From Chromera velia (taxonomy: Eukaryota), in assembly GCA_018398765.1 (NCBI GenBank), contig JAHBMJ010000102.1, positions 1 through 58,234 on the forward strand: a stretch of DNA of 58,234 nucleotides. The letters are read 5' to 3'. Made by a program: the position numbers and the translations under genes. Below, one piece after another: positions 26,282-39,688 of this stretch. Position 1 is the stretch's first letter; the number at the start of each line of letters is the position of its first letter. The notes beneath the pieces are model-generated. The model saw nothing but the letters and a program-made list of their open reading frames with translations, was not told the DNA's origin and did not search any database.

Positions 26282-26375
<94 letters not shown>

Positions 26376-26725
26376 CGTGTTTGTGTGTTTATGTGTTTGT
26401 GTGTGTGCATATACATGACATTGTGTGGGCACCTCCATTCATTCCCACACTCGTTCATTCCCTCGCGCTCACGCACTTACTCACTCACCCACTCACTCAC
26501 TCACTCACTCGCTCGCTCACTCACCCACCCACTCACCCACTCACTCACTCACCCACCCACTCAGTCAGTCAGGCAGGCAGGCAGGCAGACGGGCAGGCAG
26601 CGCTAGCCAGCCAGTCAGTTCGGTGGATGCATGTCGCTTGAATGAATGGATGGTTAGAGGGATAGATAGATGGATGAAGGGATGGATGGATGGGTGGATG
26701 GATGGATGGATGGATGGATAGATGA
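26185..26725. repeat. Compound microsatellite (CT, GT, CACT, GGCA, GGAT)
   Basis: Directly visible tandem 2-4-mers. Confidence 0.95.
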
Positions 26726-28893
26726 TGATAGATGGATGAATGCATGCACGGATAGATAGATGAGTATATGACTGCCTGTGTGCCGGCCTGCCTGACAATG
26801 TGTGCCCGCCTGCGCCCACCTGTTTACTTACCTGTCTGCCTGTGTACCGGCCTGTCTGGCAGTCCGTACGTACCTGCCTGTTTACATTTTATTTGCTTGA
26901 ATACAGGACTAGGTCTGCCTGCGCGTCTGTCGGTCTGTATGCTATGCAAAGGAATAAACTTGCCTGTATCCTAGTTCACCAATTTGTTTCTCTGAGTCGG
27001 CTCTACGTTCTTGAAGCTTGTTCTCCAGAGAGAGCTGAATGCAGTTGCTTTATCAAAGAAGCTTAAAGAGACTCTCTGAGTTTCATCAAAGATTGAATAG
27101 ACATCTCAGTTACATCTGAAAGAACATACAATGAGATGTATGGTAACTCAATATACACTACAGGCATGCATGCATGTGGCAACTCCTGTCCGATCTAAAT
27201 TGACCAAGCTAGAGCTATAGCTAGTGCATGCTATATAACCGAGCTAAGTGGCACTTATACGTTCACTTAATTCTATTCGATTTTATTAGTGCCTTAAATT
27301 TTTGTTTCCGGTTCTGCTTGGTGCTCCTCGGCGCTCACGGGTAGAGCCCGGTTTTTATGGTTTGTGGCACATGCTCATACATCTGACACACTCCGCGTGC
27401 CGCCCCATGTGAATGGCCCGCGGAAAGCGAAAGAAAATCTTCCCTGCTCTTAACCGAAAGTTGGTAAGTGCCTCCTCAGCTGAATTATCTTTCCGGGGCC
27501 CACAGCTTGGCGTGCGTCAGCGTACGTCATGCATGCAGATCTTAATTCGATCGTGTCAACGTCGGACGCCACCTGTGTAGACGGAAATACGAACCGAACC
27601 TATGCATACCGGACTAATACACGCTTGGAGAAGCGATAAGAGAGTGCAGTCTGGGGGGGTACAATATTTTGTTAAATGCCCTTTCAGCTTTATTTTCCAG
27701 GCTACCCTGCATGCAGCTAAATTCGCTTTCCGGGCTATTCCGGGCCTCAAAGAGCTTCGCTTTCTGGGCCATGCGCATCGATTATAGGGCCATGCCACAA
27801 TTTTAATACCAAACCTTTGGAGTAGTATTATAGTAGTATCTATAGAGTGGTATACTAGTAGTAGCTAGTTCAGTAGTTAGTACTGAACCAAAATTTTTGA
27901 AACTAGTTTTGAAGAAGCTAGTGAAGAAGTCTGATCATATATATCTCGGAAAGTATCTAAAAGTATCATATGATATCAACTATCAAGCTAAAATTGAATA
28001 GTGTACGAAGCAGACTCTAGAGCGGACTTAAAATACCTGTAGAAGGCTATTACATACTGTTACAAGCTAAAAGTAAGTTAAATTTCTGTCTGTCTGTGCG
28101 TTTGTCTAGCTAGGTGTACTATGTCTATCTGTCCATGTATTTGTGTGCCTGCCGGATTCGAATGTCTGTCCCCACTTCTCTCCTGGTATGTTCTAAGCGT
28201 TAATTCATGCTAGTCCGTCTCCGTGCACCCTCCTATCCTGCCTTCCGTCACGTATTCAATCCTCTATTTTACAGCTGTCAAGCAGGGGGACGAGACGGAG
28301 ACGGAGCCGCAGCGGTAGCTGCAGAATCGATGCGCCTGCAGTTGGCATCATTCATTCATTCAATCGATCAATCAATCCATCGATACATGAATTCGTCCAT
28401 CCATCCGTCCATTCATGCATCGGTCAATCAGTCAGTCGATCAGTCAATGGATCAACCATGCAGCGCACAGCAATACATTGAGAAAGACACTTCGATCAGC
28501 ACTAATGCATGAGTGCTTTGAGGGAAGAGAGGACACAGGAGCGGCGCAGTCTGTGACGGGCAGTCAACAATTCTCGGAACAGAGGTTCATCGGTTGCTCG
28601 GACGTCAAGGCGCGTTTAATTTCTTCTTGTGGATTTGCTTGAAAATGCAAGAAAGAAGAGCACCCCTGATGCAGACAGCAGTTGGTTAGCGCGTAAGCTA
28701 GTGTCTGAGCGGTTGTCTCTCTAAGACTGAAGAGCCCTACAGGAGCTCTGCCATGCAAAGTGGAAGTCTACCCTAAAAGAGAGAGAGAGAGAGAGCAGAG
28801 CGCCGCAGCGTTGCACACCGACACATTCCGAATGCAGACAAAACACATTCATTGCCTTCACACGCCCCCCCCCCCCCCCCNCCCCCCCCCCAC

Positions 28894-30182
28894 CTGAGGA
28901 GAGGGACGAGGGCCCCACTTCCATGGAAACTCCTCAGACTTGTGAGGTGGGTCACCAGGACGCGGCTGTGAGGAGGGAGGGGAAGGAGAGAAGGAAGGGC
29001 AGAAAAAAATGTGGGAGGAAGCTAGTCAGATTGCCGAGAGAGAAAGTAAGTGCATTAGAAGGTAAACAAAGGAAGAGAAATGAACATACATCGACGGGAC
29101 AATCGCCTCAAAACAGGAACCTGCCCCCGACACATTTTCTCTACCCCTTTCTCTCTCTCTCTCTCTGTGTGTCTTTGCATACGCACACGTGTGTAGGTCC
29201 AGGTCAAAGGGTCTCTCGTTCCCGTGAAGATTTTTGCCCCAGGAAAAAAAAAACACAGTCTCTGCTCCCAGGTCCCCTTTTCTTCGGGACCGGGGGGGAA
29301 GGGAGGCTGACTGAAAGAAAACCAGCAACGAAAGAGCAAAGAAGGGAGAAAGGAGGGAACGAAGAAGGAAAGAAAGAAAGAAAGAAACAAAGAAACAAAG
29401 AAACAAGAAAGAAAGAAAGAAAAGACAGACAGACAGACAGACAGACAGAAAGAAAGAAAGAAAGAAAGAAAGAAAGGGAAGGACGGAAAGAGGAAGGAAG
29501 GGAGGGAGAGCCAAATGATGACAGAAAAAAGTGTCCGTTCGGAGTAATCAAGATGCAAGGAGAAACCTTCACACCCACGGACAGACAGACAGACAGACAG
29601 ACCCACCGTCCTTTTCTCACAGCCACCGACTGAAGCTTCGAGCAGGAGGTGCACTGAGGGAAGAACCTTTGCCTCACTCCCAGCACTCCCCCCACAAGTC
29701 CCGTCTCCCATTGTTTGTCGAAGAGCCCGACTGTGTACTTCGCAACTTTCCCGAAGAATCCGTTCGCACGTCCTGTCGCAATCTTCAGAGGAGGCTGGTG
29801 GTCTGCGATGAATTGTCCGACCTGCAACCATCCATCCATCCCTCCGCCAGAATGTTCATTTCAGAGTCAATTAAAGGCAGTGGAAAATTAAAAAAATCTC
29901 ATGCGAAGCTGTTAACCAATTGTCTCCCGGGTTCGTATGGTCTGCAAGAAGTCCTCCCTCCCTCCCTCCCTCCCCCCCCATTTCTCAGGATTCCTTCGCT
30001 CCCGCCTGACCTTCTTCTTTGCCCCACACGAATGACACCCGAATATCGACCCCAGGTGATTCAGGATTCCCCTCTCGACGTCGTTGGCGTACTCAAACGT
30101 GGCAGGAAGAGAGGCCTCGAGACGGCTGTGGGCTCCGGGCATCGACAGGTTGGAGGGGGCCAGGGAGGAAAACCTGGGAAGG

Positions 30183-30247
<65 letters not shown>

Positions 30248-30470
30248 AGAGGCAGAGAAAGAAAGACAGGAAGAGACAGAAATAAAATGCCGGGATGAAA
30301 AGGCAAACAAAACAGATGGAGGCATGAGGGCAGAGCCTGCAGTGTCTTCAGGAGACACGAAGGATTCCCCTCATTGTTCTTGAAGGAAGGAGAATGCGGA
30401 CCGACAGGAAGGAAGAGCAAACGGAAAGGGGAGTTAGAAGGTCGTACAAAGGAGGAAGAGAACACACACA

Positions 30471-30513
<43 letters not shown>

Positions 30514-30560
30514 GGACAGAGAGACAGAACGACAGAGAGAGAGAGGGAGAGAGGGGGGGG

Positions 30561-30611
<51 letters not shown>

Positions 30612-31376
30612 CTTCCCCCCAGGACACAGAACGTCAACAGCCCCCCTAGAACCATGGGAAATCCCGGAGACGACACGAATTTCTTCAGACGCCCCCCTGT
30701 GGCTCTCGGCTGCCCCCCGTTCTTTTCCCTTTCCATCCCCCCCACACCAAAGTGCTCACACGCCTCCGCACAGTTCCTCTGATAGACCGCCATCCAGCTG
30801 AACTTTCCCTTCCCCCTCGTCTCCTGCCGGTGTTTCACGAAGTCTCCAACCACAGCGCCCGTCGCACGACTCATCACACAGGACGCTACAGAGGCCGCGC
30901 AGATGCCCAGAAAGCCGCAGGAGGGCGCCAGAAGGGGGGTAGAGCTGGAGATGGACAGGCCGTACTGGACAGACTGCACTGCGGCAGTCACGCAGAGGAA
31001 CGAGAGACCTCCGGCCACCGTCTCCGCACACAGACATGCTGCAAAAAAGAGGGAGGGGGGAAGAGGAACCTGGGGATCCTTCTTGATCAATCCATGATAT
31101 GAAGAACGGTGTATCTCTCTGCATTTCATTGTTTGGTACGCACCACAAGCACGTAAAAGTGCAAGAGAGGCGTGGAGACGGCCAGGCTAATTGCAGATGG
31201 CATACGCAAGAAACATCCCCCCCGTCTCTGTCCCCCTCCCGACCTGCAGCCTCCACAGATCCCTGGAACTTTCCAGAGAGGCCCTTGCGCACCTTTGACA
31301 CCGCTTCTCTCACCCCATCTGCTTTCATAAGGCCACGTAGACGGCCAAGCTGCGTCTCCTCCTTCGTCTTTTCCAT
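28894..31376 (-). CDS. Multi-exon membrane protein with an HNH/His-Me-like zinc module (GCHSCG..FIADHQPP..PQCTSCS)
   Basis: Exons at ~31376-31244, ~31038-30765, ~30696-30611, ~30174-30011, ~29821-29610 and ~28964-28894 give hydrophobic segments, then LGGR|FSSLAPS..GCHSCGAKKK|VGQFIADHQPP..QRFFPQCTSCSKLQ and RVLVTHLTSLRSFHGSG. The 3' end is unresolved. Confidence 0.7.
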
Positions 31377-32656
31377 GGGACGGGCAAACTTAACAGGGGG
31401 AGCTTGGAGAAACGAAACCGAGGCAGACAAATTTATCGTGAATTTGTAGAATTCTCTTTTCTGATTGTTCTCTGGGCCTGTCAGAGGCGATGTGAGAATC
31501 TAGCAATGCGATCAAAGGTCTGTTTGGGGTGATGGGTCAGTCTGACTGTCTTTAAACGTGTAACTTTTTGACGAATCTTGTGAGTCACCGTGAACTGTTT
31601 CTCGCTCGATCAATCAAAGAACCTCTCCAGGATCAAATTAAGCAAACACTCAACTCTGTCAGGCTTTCGCTCTCGGAATTTGTCTCATGCAGACTCATCA
31701 TGACTCATCTCATACTCCGACACTTTATATAACTTACTTCGACAGCTATATAGTCGATCCATCATCGTCGGTCGTTGTGTCGGTCGTTGATAGCAGCTCT
31801 ATAGGGGTTGCTGAGACCGCGGCCGGGGCCCAAACCGGCCGGGGCCGCGGTTGATCATGCATGCAGTCTACCATGGTGGCTGAGATATGGCTGAGATATG
31901 CTAACTGATCGAGATGATGTCGTCATGCAGATTGAGGATTTGGGCCGCTGAGATCGGAGAACAGGCGCCACAACGATATGAACTCTCTTAGTGTCCAACA
32001 CAACCCCCACAGGTACCTCTACTAACAGCGTGCTCAAACTTTCGAGAAAGACTCTGCAGAGTCCTCTTTTGTTGGGCATGTGACTGGACATGCAGTGATG
32101 GAGACGGTCTTGTCGGTGTTGTTTGTTTGGTTTTCCTCTTTCTATTCTTCTTCCTCTGCCCACGAAGAGCGTGCCCAAGATGGAGGAAGGTCCGAGAGCA
32201 GGTCAGACCCCCCCCTCCACCAGGGGGACGAATCTGCGGAGTTTCGTATACCCCTAGCTGGCAGAGGGTCCACTGGACCCCCCCAGTCAGGAATTGAAAA
32301 AAATCTTGTTTGCAGAGATGAGCCTTCTTGGTGCATGAGAAATGCTTTGTACAATATCTGTGAGTGTTTCTGCGTGTCCCCAACCTGGCCATTGTGGATT
32401 CTGATCGACTGACCCGTCTGCCCTCTGCATGGCACAAAACTGCCGTCTACCTAACTTTGCGTGTGTTGCTGATGCACCCCTGCCCCCCTTCTGTGCTCTG
32501 TGCAGGTTGTTGGTCTCCTTCGGGACACGTTTAGTCGGCGCCCCAGACCTTCTTCGACTCCCATGGAGGTAGGTCTTTGCAGCTTCGTTACGGCCGCAAT
32601 CTTGAGAAGGGAGTAGCGCCCCTACGTGGTGCTTTTCTGCATGGTTGACTGCCTTC

Positions 32657-32812
32657 GAAATTTCGGCCTTCTTACCTGCCGTACTGTCAGATTTCGGCCT
32701 TTCTGTCTGCCGAAATGCATTCCCAGTTTCGGCCTTCCTGCCCGACCGGTTGCCTTCCCAAGTTCGGCGCCTTCTTGTGTGCCCGATTGCATTTCCAATT
32801 TCGGCCTTCCTG
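32657..32812. repeat. Degenerate minisatellite: five copies of a TTTCGGCCTT(C)-type core at ~32-37 bp spacing
   Basis: Cores near 32660, 32692, 32727, 32764 and 32799 with diverged intervening sequence. Confidence 0.7.
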
Positions 32813-33234
32813 CTTTCGTGTCTCATTCTGTCAGTGATGCACACTAAAGATACATGTTGTATTTGCTTGCATACCTTCGTGTATATTCTGGCAATTCCAC
32901 TGACCTTTCGTTTCTGTGCACGTATTTCTGCAGGTGGCTTGCCCGGGCGTGCATGCTTTAATATGTAAGATTGAGACGTCCCCGGATGTCCCACCCCCCC
33001 CCCGCCTGAGGCTCCCGTTGAACTTCCCGCCCTCGCAGGGGCAATCTTCCACGGTCAGTAGAATTCTTTTGTCGGGTTTCTGTCACGTGTCCTCCATCGT
33101 GACGGAGAAACTCTTAATTTTCTTTGCAGGAACCTCAAGAGACCCGAATTAAGACTTCCAAAGCTCTTGGTGACAAAACCACGGGTAGTTGAATTGAAAC
33201 GTCCACTGCAGCGTCACAACTTAATTTTGCTACG

Positions 33235-34851
33235 CTGACAAACCTTATTCTGACTCATCTTTTATGCATGCAGTTTTGAATTATTGGACGTCGAGTTCTT
33301 CACCGATTTCGTTTCTGTAGACGCTCCAGCTGCCAACTTCCGAAATGAAGGAGCTGTCAGGGTGGTCCCTCGATGGGCAGTGTGGCGAGGGAAACCTTTT
33401 GCCATACTTCCTTCTCAGCGACTCCCTACAAATGGGTTAACTCGGTCAGCAAAAAAGAAAGGAAGGCCCGAGTATCCCTGGGTGTGCAAGTGCAGATCCT
33501 TGTATACTTGTCGGTCTGTTGGCGGAACGCTCATGTTTCTTTTTTTTTCTGCATGGTGGTGCCTTGTGTCGTCTCATTCGTCCTTCTTCGTGTTTCCTAC
33601 GGGACCTGTCTGAGAAGAGAGCAGAGAAATCGCGAAGGGAAAGTGCGGTTTTCCGCCGCAAGTCTGTATTCAGGTGTTTGCATTCTCACGGGCCTGTACG
33701 CAACTCTTTCAACCTAGAATGTTTGTGTGCAAGTGCGAGCGCCCTTCTTTTTTTCATGCAATCCGTCATGCCTCTCAACATTCCGTGCTCACTGTGTCTG
33801 TCCTTCTCCTTTTCTCTTCTCCCGAAACCTTGCAGACTGAGACTGATGCAGAAGGCGACGATCGTCCACCGTCTCTGCGTCCGGGAATTCTTCGGAGTGC
33901 GGGAGGTCAAGGGAGCAGCAGAGTCGCTGAGTGGCTCCAGAGGAACCCTACAGCAGCAGCAGCAGCTTCGCATCCTTCTGCAGCATCTGCAGGTGCAGGA
34001 GAGAGGAACAGAGAGGGAGCTCTGCAGGAGGGCGCCTCCTCCCTTCAGAGGAACGCAAGCCGATCTGTGAAGGAGCTCAGAGAGTCCTTTGAGAGAAGCC
34101 AAAGTGTGAGTCAGTTCGAGTGAGTGCGTGAGACGGGGGGACGAGGGAGAGTTTGATCCTGTCGGCACTTGAGTAACTGGGTTGAGTGTCATGGCGTGAA
34201 TTGAAATCGGCTTCGCGGAACGAAGAAATGCAGTTCCTACCTTACAATCTCTCAGCTCGTCTTTCAATTGTTTGTCTTTCTGCCTCCCTGTGGGTCTGTC
34301 CGTTCGTCCTCTTTCTTTCGGAAATCAAAAAGACGGAAAGAACAAGGAATTCTCTCCCTCTGTGTGTGTGTGTGTGTGTGTGTAGACTGTGAAAGAGACC
34401 TCCAAGTCCCCAGTCAGGCCGTCTGGGGCTGGACACTCCTCATCCTCTTCTTCCTCTTCGGTCCCCGGTCCATCGAGGTCGGTTGCTGAAGCTGAAACGC
34501 CAAGCGACACATGCAGGCAGATGCGGCCACTGCATGAAGAGACGGGAGAGGGGAATTTCAACGGCAGAGAGAGAAACACCGGGGGTCGAGAGAAGACTCG
34601 CTCTCCGTGAACGACTCGAAAAAAAAAATCGAGACAAATCAGCAGGTGAGTAGGTGATTTTTCTGTTTTTGTTTACTGTCTGAGAGCTGTTCAGCTCTTG
34701 CAGACAACTCTATAGGGTTGGATGTTTTCCTCTTCTTTTCACACGGAGGGCTCCTATTTCAATCCCCTCCCTGTCTTGCCGCGTGGAGGGGAGGGCTGCC
34801 TCTGTCTCTGTCTATCTGTCGGTCCGTCCGTCCTCTTTCGTCTGGAAGCAA

Positions 34852-34919
<68 letters not shown>

Positions 34920-37885
34920 GTGTGTGTGTATGTGTGTGTGCCTCTCTGTCTGAGAAGAGGGCTGAGAAATCGGAATTAAAGGGAAAGTGCAGTTTTTCGC
35001 CGTCAGTCTGTATCCAGACGGTTGCATGCATACGGGCCTGTGGGCAACTCTTTCAATCTAGAATTTTTGTGTGCAAGTGCGAGCGCCCTTCTTTTTTTCA
35101 TACAATCCGTCATGCCTCTCAATATTCCGTGATCACTGTGTCTGTCCTTCTCTTTTTTCTTCTCCCGGATCCTTGCAGACGGACACTGAGTGGCTCCCTC
35201 TGAGCGAGCGGGTCAAGAGGAAGCTCGCAGCAGCCGCTGCCAGAAAGGCGAGTGTTGCGGCTGGGGACCTCAATTTGCACTATCTTCTTTCGTTCTCCTG
35301 CAAGTTCAGGCTGAGCCTCCGGTGTCGACTGCTCGAGTAAGTAGAATAGTCAGGCCGGGGCAGGTTGCGTGCAGTAAAGAAAGTTGGTAGTGCAGAGATC
35401 ACCACGTCCCATTGCAAAGGAAGACGTTCTGATATGCTCCTTGCAAGAGAGCTGCATGGGAGGGCAACCCATCCTCCAATAAGAGAGGTGCTCTCTGAAC
35501 CCTCCTCCTGTGCAATTAGGCGCGTATCTGCACTGCCTGCACTGACTTGCGTGCCCCTATGCTGTCCAGCGTCACCTTCAAGAGTGCGTTGCCTTGAGAA
35601 AAGTAAGTCATGTCATCGTGTATTGCTGTTTTTCTCTCGCAGACTTCGACGAGTGGACGGGCAACATTGAGAACTGCCCCCCAGACTGCTCCTGCCAGTG
35701 GTCTGACAACCTCGGGAATTTCCTCTGGGCCTGCAACGACGGGTGGACGGGGACGGGCGTCAGCTGCTCGAGTCAGTTTCAGTCTGAACGTTGCTTGCTG
35801 TCGTTTGTTTGGGGGGAAGAAAGGAGCCTAGCTGGGCCCCGAGTGCGCGCTGCCTCTTTTTGACTCCTTGAATTAATGACCTGTGCTTTGCTCCGAACAA
35901 GCTTGCGTCAGACGAGCTTTGCTTGTCGGCTCTCTGGGGAATTCGTGTATGCTGTCCGCACTTCTATTCTTGCTCTCGCTTTTCTTCTAGATTCATAGAC
36001 CGTCACATCCATCCGTCAGGGGATTGGTGGGTTCTCTCCAAGTTTTGTCGGTTTTTCTCGGCGACCACAACTTGCCGGCCTGTGTGTGCTGCTGCATGGA
36101 TGTTCTTCTCCTTTTGCGTCCCCCTTCTTGGTTATCGTGCAGTTGACGAGTACAGGGCCAACATTCACGACTGCGACGGAAGCGCAACCTGCTCTGACAG
36201 CATCGGCAACTTCGTGTGTGCGTGCAACGACGGGTGGACAGGCTCTGGAGTTTGCGGTGTCGACTGCTCGAGTAAGTAGAATAGTCAGGCTGGGGCAGGT
36301 TGAGTGCAGTAAAGAAAGTTGGTAGCGCAGAGATCACCACGTCCCATTGCAAAGGAAGACGTTCTGATATGCTCCTTGCAAGAGAGCTGCATGGGAGGGC
36401 AACCCATCCTCCAATAAGAGAGGTGCTCTCTGAACCCTCCTCCTGTGCAATTAGGCGCGTATCTGCACTGCCTGCACTGACTTGCGTGCCCCTATGCTGT
36501 CCAGCTTCACCTTCAAGAGTGCGTGCCTTGAGAAAAGTAAGTCATGTCATCGTGTATTGCTGTTTTTCTCTCGCAGACTTCGACGAGCGGACGGGCAACG
36601 TTGACGACTGCCCCCCAAACGGCTCCTGCCAGTGGTCTGACAACCTCGGGAATTTCCTCTGGGCCTGCAGCGACGGGTGGACGGGGACGGGCGTCAGCTG
36701 CTTCTCCCGAATCCTTGCAGACGGACACACGACTCCAGAGGAACCCTACAGCAGCAGCAGTTCCGCATTCATCTGCAGCATCTGCAGGTGCAGGAGAGAG
36801 GGAGGGAGACGGAGAGGGATCCCGTAAGTCTGTATTCAGGCGGTTGCATGCTTACGGGCCTGCATGTACGCAACTCTTTCAACCTAGATTTTTTTTGTGC
36901 GAGTTAGAACGCCCTTATTTTTTTCATACAATCCGTCATGCCTCTCAACATTCCGTGCTCACTTTGTCTGTCCTTCTCCTTTCTCTTAATTCTCCCGAAT
37001 CCTTACAGACGGACACTCTCCCCCTGCGGGGGAGTCCCCTCCCCCCGCTGCGGGGATGCGGCCTCCCCTCCTCTCTCCCTCCCTCAGTTGGGGTCGTCGC
37101 GGATCGTCGTTTGGCGACCCCACTGAGTCGGGCCCTCCTCCCGAGGTGCCCTTCATGCTCGTGCCCTCCGGTCAGTCCTTCCGCCTTTTTTCGCCTTTTT
37201 TGTCCTTCTGTTCTTTGGCTTGTGGCTTTGTGTCTGCGTTCGCTTTGTGCCTTCTTCATGCACGTTTGTCAGAAGCATCCGGCCGTCTCCTTTTGCCTCG
37301 ATCGATCTGGAGGCCCTCTCATGGCCTTTCCTTCCTTCCTGCATGCTGTCCTTGTTCGGGCTCGTGCTCGGGTAGTGTCTGTTCGTGATCGAAGCGGCGT
37401 ACATGATCAAGTGTTTGCTCACATCTTTGAACGTTCAGGTTTTCTGTCGTCATCTTGTGAAATTAAGAACCCAAACATATCTCCGTCTCTTCGATCTCAC
37501 ACTCATTCCCCCGGCCCCTTCTGTCCTCCCTCTTTCTGCTTTATGCTGCAGCCCTGAAACAGCAGACTCCCTACCCGACTGCCTACCCAACCACCTACCA
37601 CCGTGAAGTCCGTCTTCTCTGTGCCTCTTCTGTTTGTTTGTTCGTCTGCCCTAAAGTTAAACCCTGTCTTTCTTTCTTTCTTTCGTTCAATTTTTCCTGC
37701 AGCTGACAAAGCTTATTCTGACCCATCGATCTTTCATGCAGTTTTGACTTGGGCGTCGAGTTCTTCACCGCTTTCGTTTCTGTGGACGCCCCAGCTGCCA
37801 ATTTCCGAAATGAAGGAGCTGTCAGGGTGGTCCCTTGATGGGCAGTGTGGCGAGGGAAACCTTTTGCCACACTTCCTTCTCAGCA
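33235..37885. repeat. Mosaic of local diverged duplications
   Basis: 33235-33420 ~ 37700-37885; 33605-33840 ~ 34945-35190 ~ 36826-37015; 33935-34000 ~ 36735-36800; 35320-35767 ~ 36255-36702. Confidence 0.85.
35642..36702 (+). pseudogene. Three decayed calcium-binding EGF-like exons
   Basis: After AG acceptors: DFDEWTGNIENC..GNFLWACNDGWTGTGVSC, VDEYRANIHDCDGSATCSDSIGNFVCACNDGWTGSG and DFDERTGNVDDC... These fit the cbEGF consensus DxDEC..C..C.N..G.F.C.C..G..G.G..C, with conserved Cys replaced by W/Y/R. Confidence 0.7.
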
Positions 37886-38302
37886 GCACTTCACTGAAAT
37901 CCAAACCAAGGTCAATGGTCTTGCCGAAAGATTCCTTCTGCTTGTCCGGTTGCACTTTGTCTCACACTGTTGATATGCGTAGACTCTGCAGATCATCGAG
38001 GACATCCGAACTGCGGCCGCAACATGTTTGGGTGGCCCGTTTCTAGTCGGCCCTCGAATCTCTGTGGTCCCAGTCGGCCGGCTCGAGATGGACAGGCAGG
38101 AGTCTTTTGGCAGCAAGACCACGCAGCCGGCAGGAGGGGCGACGGGCTCTGGAGCGCTGTGGAGGACAATACCTCCATTGGTGGGTTCCTTTCCTCTCGC
38201 GCACGTGGTTTTCCTCTTGCGTTTTTTCTTTTCGCACCTCACGCTGAATGAATTTTCTCTGTTACCCTGCAGGCATTCTCAGACTGCTTCGCAGGCCTTC
38301 TT

Positions 38303-38704
38303 TTGGTCCTATCAAGTGCTTCCTTCTTCAGAAGAACGGCGGTTCTTTTCTTTGAATCGCACTCATCGTTTTGGGAAATCGATTTCCTGAACGATATCGA
38401 CTGGTTTGGGATCATTTTTGCACTCAAGTGCACGTTCAGTCTTTCCCTTTTTCTGGCCATGTTCGTCCACGGACGGTACTTTGGATTTGATGATTGGTTT
38501 TCTCAGCTCCGGTGTCTGTTCGCTGCAAATGTCCGGGCGGCAGAAATCCATGCGGCCGCTCTTTATGTCCCCTCTGCCATCGCTTTTGGGGGCATGGAGC
38601 CGTATGAGAGCCGCACCTACGCAACGGGAAAGATTGCCTTTTGCTTCTTGGGCCTTGCCCTCATCATTTGCCAGTGCACCGTATTCCCACTGCTTGACTC
38701 GTGA
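38303..38704 (+). other. Possible exon of a polytopic membrane protein
   Basis: ORF with several hydrophobic stretches ending at a GTGAGT donor-like site. No family recognised. Confidence 0.3.
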
Positions 38705-39688
38705 GTAGATACTCTCTGCCTCAAAAGTGACATTTATCCACGTACAAAAAAACGATTCTTGAAAGCTTTGTTTCTTCCTCACTGTCTGTATCTGTCTGTG
38801 CAGGACTTAATTGAACTGCGTGTTCATGTAGCTCCTCACCTTGAGGGATTTCAACCAAGATACGATACAAGATACATATCCTTGATTAAAATTAACGTGA
38901 TTTCCTCTCATGCCAGAACAAATCACACGCTGTCTACTCCTAGACATGCTTTGTAAACGCTTCATAAATTTTTTTTTTAAATGTCTTTTTCATTGAATTA
39001 AAGTTTACTATGTGTATCAACTTGTGCGAGCTAGTACTTATACCTACACTGAAATTTGACTGAATGAAATGTCTAAAAACATCTGCCAGAAAGAATTGGC
39101 AGCCGTTTAATGGCAAAACTTTTAAAAAAGACTTACAAGTTTAAATAAAATCATTTTAAGTAGTATTTTAACTTATTGATCTAAAATGAAATTAAATGTT
39201 TTTTGTGTTCACTGACAGAGAAGAACGAAAACGACGACCTTGTCTGGAGGCAACTGAGCTTCCCTGTCTTTCCAAATGGTACAAGTACATGACAACGTCT
39301 GCTGACTTTTAAAATTTCAACATTTATGCATTCCAATGTAGGATGATCGATGCACGGAAATTAACTGAATACAGATCGATGGATTTGGAGATGGCCCGGA
39401 GACGTACGGATCATGATGGACTGCACTACGCGATCCGGATCGCGATCCCGAGCGCCATTCCGCGCACAAAAATTAATTACCGCCTTACATGCCACGTCTC
39501 CGAGTGCATGAGGTTATGAGCCTTTCAGTGACAGGCCAAATTTCACCGCGAAAGCCGGCTGCATGCTAGCTAAGGCTCGAACTTGTCATATTGGTCACAG
39601 GCGAGCTCGTGATCTGATTTGCGCCAATAAGGCGTATGAGGAGCGAAGCAGTTGAAATAACAGAGAAGTTAAGCACTTCACCAGAGCA

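Noticed and set aside
32657..32812. CRISPR array
   Set aside because: The repeat core is too short and degenerate, there are no cas genes, and the context is eukaryotic.
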